IMG/VR virus record: IMGVR_UViG_3300037419_000926 | Span: 1-36,784 of that record | From: a virus | Lineage: Duplodnaviria > Caudoviricetes | Strand: one strand, 5' to 3' | DNA length: 36,784 nt | Shown here: positions 33,020 to 36,784 of the stretch, piece by piece | How positions within the stretch are numbered: position 1 is the first letter of the stretch | Layout: every line of letters starts with the position of its first letter | Notes under the pieces: model-generated | Databases searched by the model: none | Told to the model about the DNA's origin: nothing | What the model saw: the letters and a program-made list of their open reading frames with translations, nothing else | Program-made: the position numbers and the translations under genes

Positions 33020-34441
33020 TCAGAACGTCGGGGTGACGAGACCCGTCCCGCTGATCTTCTGGACGTGCGGGCGACGCGCCGCCGTGAAGGCGTAGTAGCC
33101 GTACACGACCAGCAGGATGCCGAGGTTCGCGGCCTTGGCCTGCTCCGCGCGGATGAGCATCGGCGCGTTCGGGTCCTCCCAGAGGTGGGACTCCGACTGG
33201 CTGACGAAGTAGACCTCGTCCTGGTTGGTGCCCGCGCCGAGGTTCGTCGCGATGTTGTTGTCGACGATGACCGGCGTCCCGTTCGGCAGCACGCCCCGGA
33301 AGCCCGAGCCGTACTTCTCGCCGAAGTTGACGCCGGCGAGCTGCGGGGCGGTGCCCGGCTGCCCGAACAGCGGCCACGTCGAGGACAGGCCCGCCTGCAG
33401 CCAGTACCACCGACGCGAGTGCATCACCGCGATGACGTCGCCGGCGGCCTGGTCGAGCAGGGCCGCCTCGACGGCCGCGGGGCCGGCGAGCGTCTTCGGG
33501 TAGAACTCGGCCGGGGTCGGGCTCGCCGACGTGTAGGTGATCGCCGTCGCCACGTTCGTGAGACCGATCGTCGCCTTGTTGAGCAGCTTCGTGTCGAGGC
33601 TGACGGCGTAGGCCCGGTACAGGTCCTCGAGGGTGGTGTCCTCGACGCCCTGGCCGCGCTCGACCGCCTGCCGCGACAGCGTCTGCTGCCCGGCGTTCGT
33701 CGACACGTTCAGCGTGAGCAGCGTGTCGTCGATGTCCTGCTCGGACACCGCCGCATTCTCAGCCGACTGGTCGTCGACGAGCGTCCCCGTGGTGACGCGG
33801 CCGATGTTCACCGTCATGCCCTGCTCGGGCATGTCGTGGTGACGGCAGGCGTCCGCGAACGGACGGCCGGCCCGCGCGAGCGGCGCCACCATGTCGGTGA
33901 GGTACTGCGGGACGACCAGGCCCGTGAAGGCGCCCGTACCGGCGGCGCGGTCGAACTGCTGGCCGCGCTCGACGGACTCCTCCTGCATGTGCCGCGCGAG
34001 CTCGTCGGTCATGCGACCGGAGAGCGCCATCGAGGCGACCTGCGAGAGGAACCGGACGCCCTTCGGGTCGTTGTCGGCCCGGAACGTGCGCGGCTCCTGG
34101 CCGATGCGGGCGACGGTGCCGCCGGCGCGGTCGGCCGGGGCGGCGGTCGTGCCGGCGCCGGTCGGGTGCACCTCGCGGGCGAGGGCGTCGGCGGCCTCGT
34201 CGCGCCGCTTCTCGTCCTCGAGCTCGGTGATCCGCTGCGACTGCGCGGCGAGCTCTGCGTCGAGCCCACGGATCTCCTCGAGCCGGGCCGTGATGGTGGC
34301 GGCCTCGGTCTCGTTGGGCTCGCGGTTCTCCGTGGCGCACGCGCTGCGGATGCCCTCGAGCTCGGTCTTCTTGGCCTTGCGCGCCTCGAGCTTCGGAGCC
34401 ATCGCGGCCCGGACCGAGGCGATGAGCTGGTCGATGTTCAC
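33020..34441 (-). CDS. Major capsid protein (HK97 fold, N-terminal coiled-coil scaffold)
   Basis: Coiled-coil N-terminus, then GLVVPQYL...RAGRPFAD...AGQQTLSRQAVERG...VYGYYAFT. Confidence 0.92.
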   Translation of the reverse strand: MNIDQLIASVRAAMAPKLEARKAKKTELEGIRSACATENREPNETEAATITARLEEIRGLDAELAAQSQRITELEDEKRRDEAADALAREVHPTGAGTTAAPADRAGGTVARIGQEPRTFRADNDPKGVRFLSQVASMALSGRMTDELARHMQEESVERGQQFDRAAGTGAFTGLVVPQYLTDMVAPLARAGRPFADACRHHDMPEQGMTVNIGRVTTGTLVDDQSAENAAVSEQDIDDTLLTLNVSTNAGQQTLSRQAVERGQGVEDTTLEDLYRAYAVSLDTKLLNKATIGLTNVATAITYTSASPTPAEFYPKTLAGPAAVEAALLDQAAGDVIAVMHSRRWYWLQAGLSSTWPLFGQPGTAPQLAGVNFGEKYGSGFRGVLPNGTPVIVDNNIATNLGAGTNQDEVYFVSQSESHLWEDPNAPMLIRAEQAKAANLGILLVVYGYYAFTAARRPHVQKISGTGLVTPTF

Positions 34442-34609
34442 GACCGTGCTCCCTTCTCCCCTTGCGGGGGTTCGGTGTTGGTGTGCTGGCTTCCCTCGGG
34501 ACGGGCGGTGATCGGTCGGTCGGGCCGTGGCGCGAGCGAGATCCCTACGCGAACGTGCGGGGTTGACCGGCGACCCAGGCGGGCCGTCGGGGTGTGTGGT
34601 CGCGCTGGC

Positions 34610-35392
34610 TCAGTCGAGCAGCGCGAGGGCGAGGTCGAGCGACGCGAGCGAGACGCCCGATCGGGCCGTAACCTCGTCGGGGTGCCGGCGCTTCCGCTCG
34701 GCGTGCAGCTGGTTCTCGAGCGCGCGCAGGTCGGCCTCGGTCATGTCGGTGAGGGACATCGAGCGCAGGCCCGAGCCCTGCGTGTGCGGGTTCGCGCCGT
34801 AGCCGACGATGGCGACGTCGCCGCGGTGGATGTCGTACTCGTCGATGTGGTACTCGGTCCAGTCCGGCGACCAGGTGCCGGCGTTGATCCGGAACCGGAA
34901 CGACATCTCGTCGATGAGACCCGAGCGCAGCTTTGGCGCGATGTAGGCGACATCGGCGTCGCGGGCGTCGAGGTTCGGCGCGTCGACGTGCAGGCCCTCG
35001 ACGCCGTCGACCGTCTTCTCGGCCAGCGTCAGCGTCCCGTTCGTGGTGCGCGCGATCCGGCGCAGGCTGTCGTGCGCCAGGACGAACGGCACGTCGAGAT
35101 CCTCGCGGGCGAGCGACTTCGCGCCGGCGCCGCTCGACACCTGCTCGGTGTAGGGGCCGAAGTAGTCCCACATTTCGTAGCCGCGCGAGTAGACCGAGGC
35201 GAAGCCGTCGAAGTGCAGCCCGTCGCCCTCGGTGTCGGCGGCGCGCAGCGTCAGCGTTCCGGTCGCGCGCACGAGCGGCAGCGTGCCCGGCTCCTCGGCC
35301 CAGCGTCGCTGTGACGGCCGGTCGGTGGCCTGTCGGACGGCCGCCGACCGCGCCTCGGCGGCAGCCTCGAAGATGCGCTCGAGTGCGCTCAT
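34610..35392 (-). CDS. HK97-family prohead protease
   Basis: FDGFASVY...FVLAHD...IARTTNGTLTL...EMSFRF...GDVAIVGYGANP. Confidence 0.9.
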   Translation of the reverse strand: MSALERIFEAAAEARSAAVRQATDRPSQRRWAEEPGTLPLVRATGTLTLRAADTEGDGLHFDGFASVYSRGYEMWDYFGPYTEQVSSGAGAKSLAREDLDVPFVLAHDSLRRIARTTNGTLTLAEKTVDGVEGLHVDAPNLDARDADVAYIAPKLRSGLIDEMSFRFRINAGTWSPDWTEYHIDEYDIHRGDVAIVGYGANPHTQGSGLRSMSLTDMTEADLRALENQLHAERKRRHPDEVTARSGVSLASLDLALALLD

Positions 35393-36558
35393 GGTGTCTC
35401 TCCGTTCGGCATGGTGGGCGTCGGTGCCTTGCTCGTGAACAGCCGAGCGAACTCGGCCTCCTCGTCGGGGGTGAGCGGCGGCATGTTCTCGAGGTCGAGG
35501 ACACGCGACGGCGGCAGCCAGCGGCCGTCGACGCCGATCTTGTAGGCGGCGTAACGGCCGGCGAGATCCATCCGCAGCAGCGCCGCCGGGTTGAACTTCA
35601 TGTAGCGCGGCGCGGGCAGCAGCACGCGCGAGTAGTGGTCCTCGCGGCGGGCGAGCGCCGGGCCGAGGTTGATGATGAGCAGCTGCAGGTTCCGCTGCGT
35701 GATGTTCGCGTAGGTGATCGACGAGCCGTTCGCGGACACGTCGACCATGTCGCCGGGCACGCCCAGGAACCGGCAGACGTCGAGGTGGGTCGCGCCCTGC
35801 TGGTCGAGGAACGCGGACTCGGACGCCTTCGCGCTCATGAGGTTGAGCTCCCAATCGGAGCCGGTGACGAACACGTCGCCGTTGCGGACCTTCGACCGGT
35901 ATCGCTCGGCGACGATGTCGGACTCGCGCGGGTTCAGCTTCTTCGCCTTGTTCCGCAGGTGCGTGCCGGGGGTTGCGTTGTTGCCGAACCACTCGCTCGC
36001 GAAGTCCATCGCCGACAGGCTGTTGTCGAGCGTCCTCGCCGCGTACGCGATCGGGGACAGCCCGAGCGGGCAACCGCTCGCCGTGTACTGCCGCTCATGC
36101 CACACCTGGTCGGGCGTGTACGTCTTACCGTCGATCTTCCACGTCCGCTCGCCCGACTTCGCCTGCCGCAGCTGGACGCGGTCGGTGTCGGCGAGCTGAA
36201 TGACCGACGGGCGGCCGCCGCCGTCGCGAGCGTGGATGATGCCGACCGCGTTCCCGACCGAGTCGAGGTCGATCCGGCTCGAGTAGAGGTGCTCGACGAT
36301 CGACACCTCGGAGCCGCCCGGGGTGACGAGGACGGGCGGCTTCACCTGCTCGACCTGCACGCCGTTGATGCGCCGGAAGACGTCGATCGGCATCGTCGAC
36401 TCGAGGTCGGCCCGCAGCCGCAGGCACGCCCACACGGTCGAGATCCGGAGCGCCTGCTCACGGGACACGCGCACGTTGCGGCCGCCGCGCGCGCCCGTGC
36501 GCTGCGACATGATCTGCTCGGCGCTCAGGCCCGCCGTACGGTTGAAGAAAAGGCTCAC
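35389..36558 (-). CDS. Portal protein (HK97 type)
   Basis: ALRISTVWACLRLRAD...GNA...GLSPIAYA...CRFLGVP...ITYANITQ...LENMPP. Confidence 0.92.
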   Translation of the reverse strand: MSLFFNRTAGLSAEQIMSQRTGARGGRNVRVSREQALRISTVWACLRLRADLESTMPIDVFRRINGVQVEQVKPPVLVTPGGSEVSIVEHLYSSRIDLDSVGNAVGIIHARDGGGRPSVIQLADTDRVQLRQAKSGERTWKIDGKTYTPDQVWHERQYTASGCPLGLSPIAYAARTLDNSLSAMDFASEWFGNNATPGTHLRNKAKKLNPRESDIVAERYRSKVRNGDVFVTGSDWELNLMSAKASESAFLDQQGATHLDVCRFLGVPGDMVDVSANGSSITYANITQRNLQLLIINLGPALARREDHYSRVLLPAPRYMKFNPAALLRMDLAGRYAAYKIGVDGRWLPPSRVLDLENMPPLTPDEEAEFARLFTSKAPTPTMPNGETP

Positions 36559-36722
36559 GGCCGCGCCTTCCGCTCGACGATCCACGACACGCCGAGCAGC
36601 CCGACGCCGCCAGTCGCCAGCCCGGCCGGCGCGCCGACGAGGTCGGCGACGAACAGCGCGCCGGCGAGCACGAGCAGCAGCAGGGCGACCAGGTCGATGA
36701 CGTCAGTCACGCGCGAGAGCAT
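36555..36722 (-). CDS. Small two-TM membrane protein between terL and portal
   Basis: GGAGG SD, two hydrophobic helices, and a GTGA overlap with portal. Confidence 0.7.
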   Translation of the reverse strand: MLSRVTDVIDLVALLLLVLAGALFVADLVGAPAGLATGGVGLLGVSWIVERKARP

Positions 36723-36784
36723 CCGGCCTCCTCCCGTCAACCGACCGAGTCGGCGACGTCGTAGTCGTTGGCGAGCGCGTCAGC
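36658..36784. repeat. 127-bp direct terminal repeat, copy 2
   Basis: Identical to 1-127. Confidence 0.95.

Noticed and set aside
476-35314. Many long plus-strand and alternate-frame ORFs (e.g. 476-2200, 15301-16893, 25057-26880, 26606-28525, 33065-35314)
   Set aside because: They are Arg/Pro/Gly-rich shadows of recognisable minus-strand genes, expected at this GC content.
1-36784. Frequent TCGA/GTCGAC/CTCGAG words as a special signal
   Set aside because: Plausibly explained by GTC/CTC/ATC followed by GAC/GAG codon usage in high-GC actinobacteria. It was not quantified.

Overview
The window is an apparently complete, circularly assembled, very GC-rich temperate siphovirus of an actinobacterial host. 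It has about 36,657 bp of unique sequence, because bases 1-127 repeat exactly at 36658-36784, which is most likely an assembly overlap. Almost all genes lie on the minus strand, many coupled by ATGA/GTGA overlaps. In transcription order the late arm encodes HNH, terS, terL, portal, HK97-type protease and capsid, head-tail proteins, tail tube, chaperones, tape measure, minor tail proteins, amidase endolysin, holin, and a fibre-like module placed after the lysis genes. The centre holds a lipoprotein, a secreted esterase, an attP matching the 3' end of tRNA-His, a DUF6221-like/ORF/tyrosine integrase operon, and a cI/cro switch. The early arm encodes xis-like, J-domain, HNH-like, WhiB, C5 methyltransferase, RecE/RecT, a replication initiator with origin, DUF550 and Zn-finger/HTH proteins. 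The most interesting unexplained signals are: an asymmetric 14-bp operator-like motif recurring at four control regions; a ~370-nt structured leader behind an operator-containing late promoter; an apparently split Zn-finger/HTH regulator next to that promoter; a split replication initiator around the origin; and micro-ORFs missed by the ORF track (a Cys-rich peptide behind cI, and an Arg/Trp amphipathic peptide ending the late operon). All family assignments come from motif recognition by eye; no searches were run.
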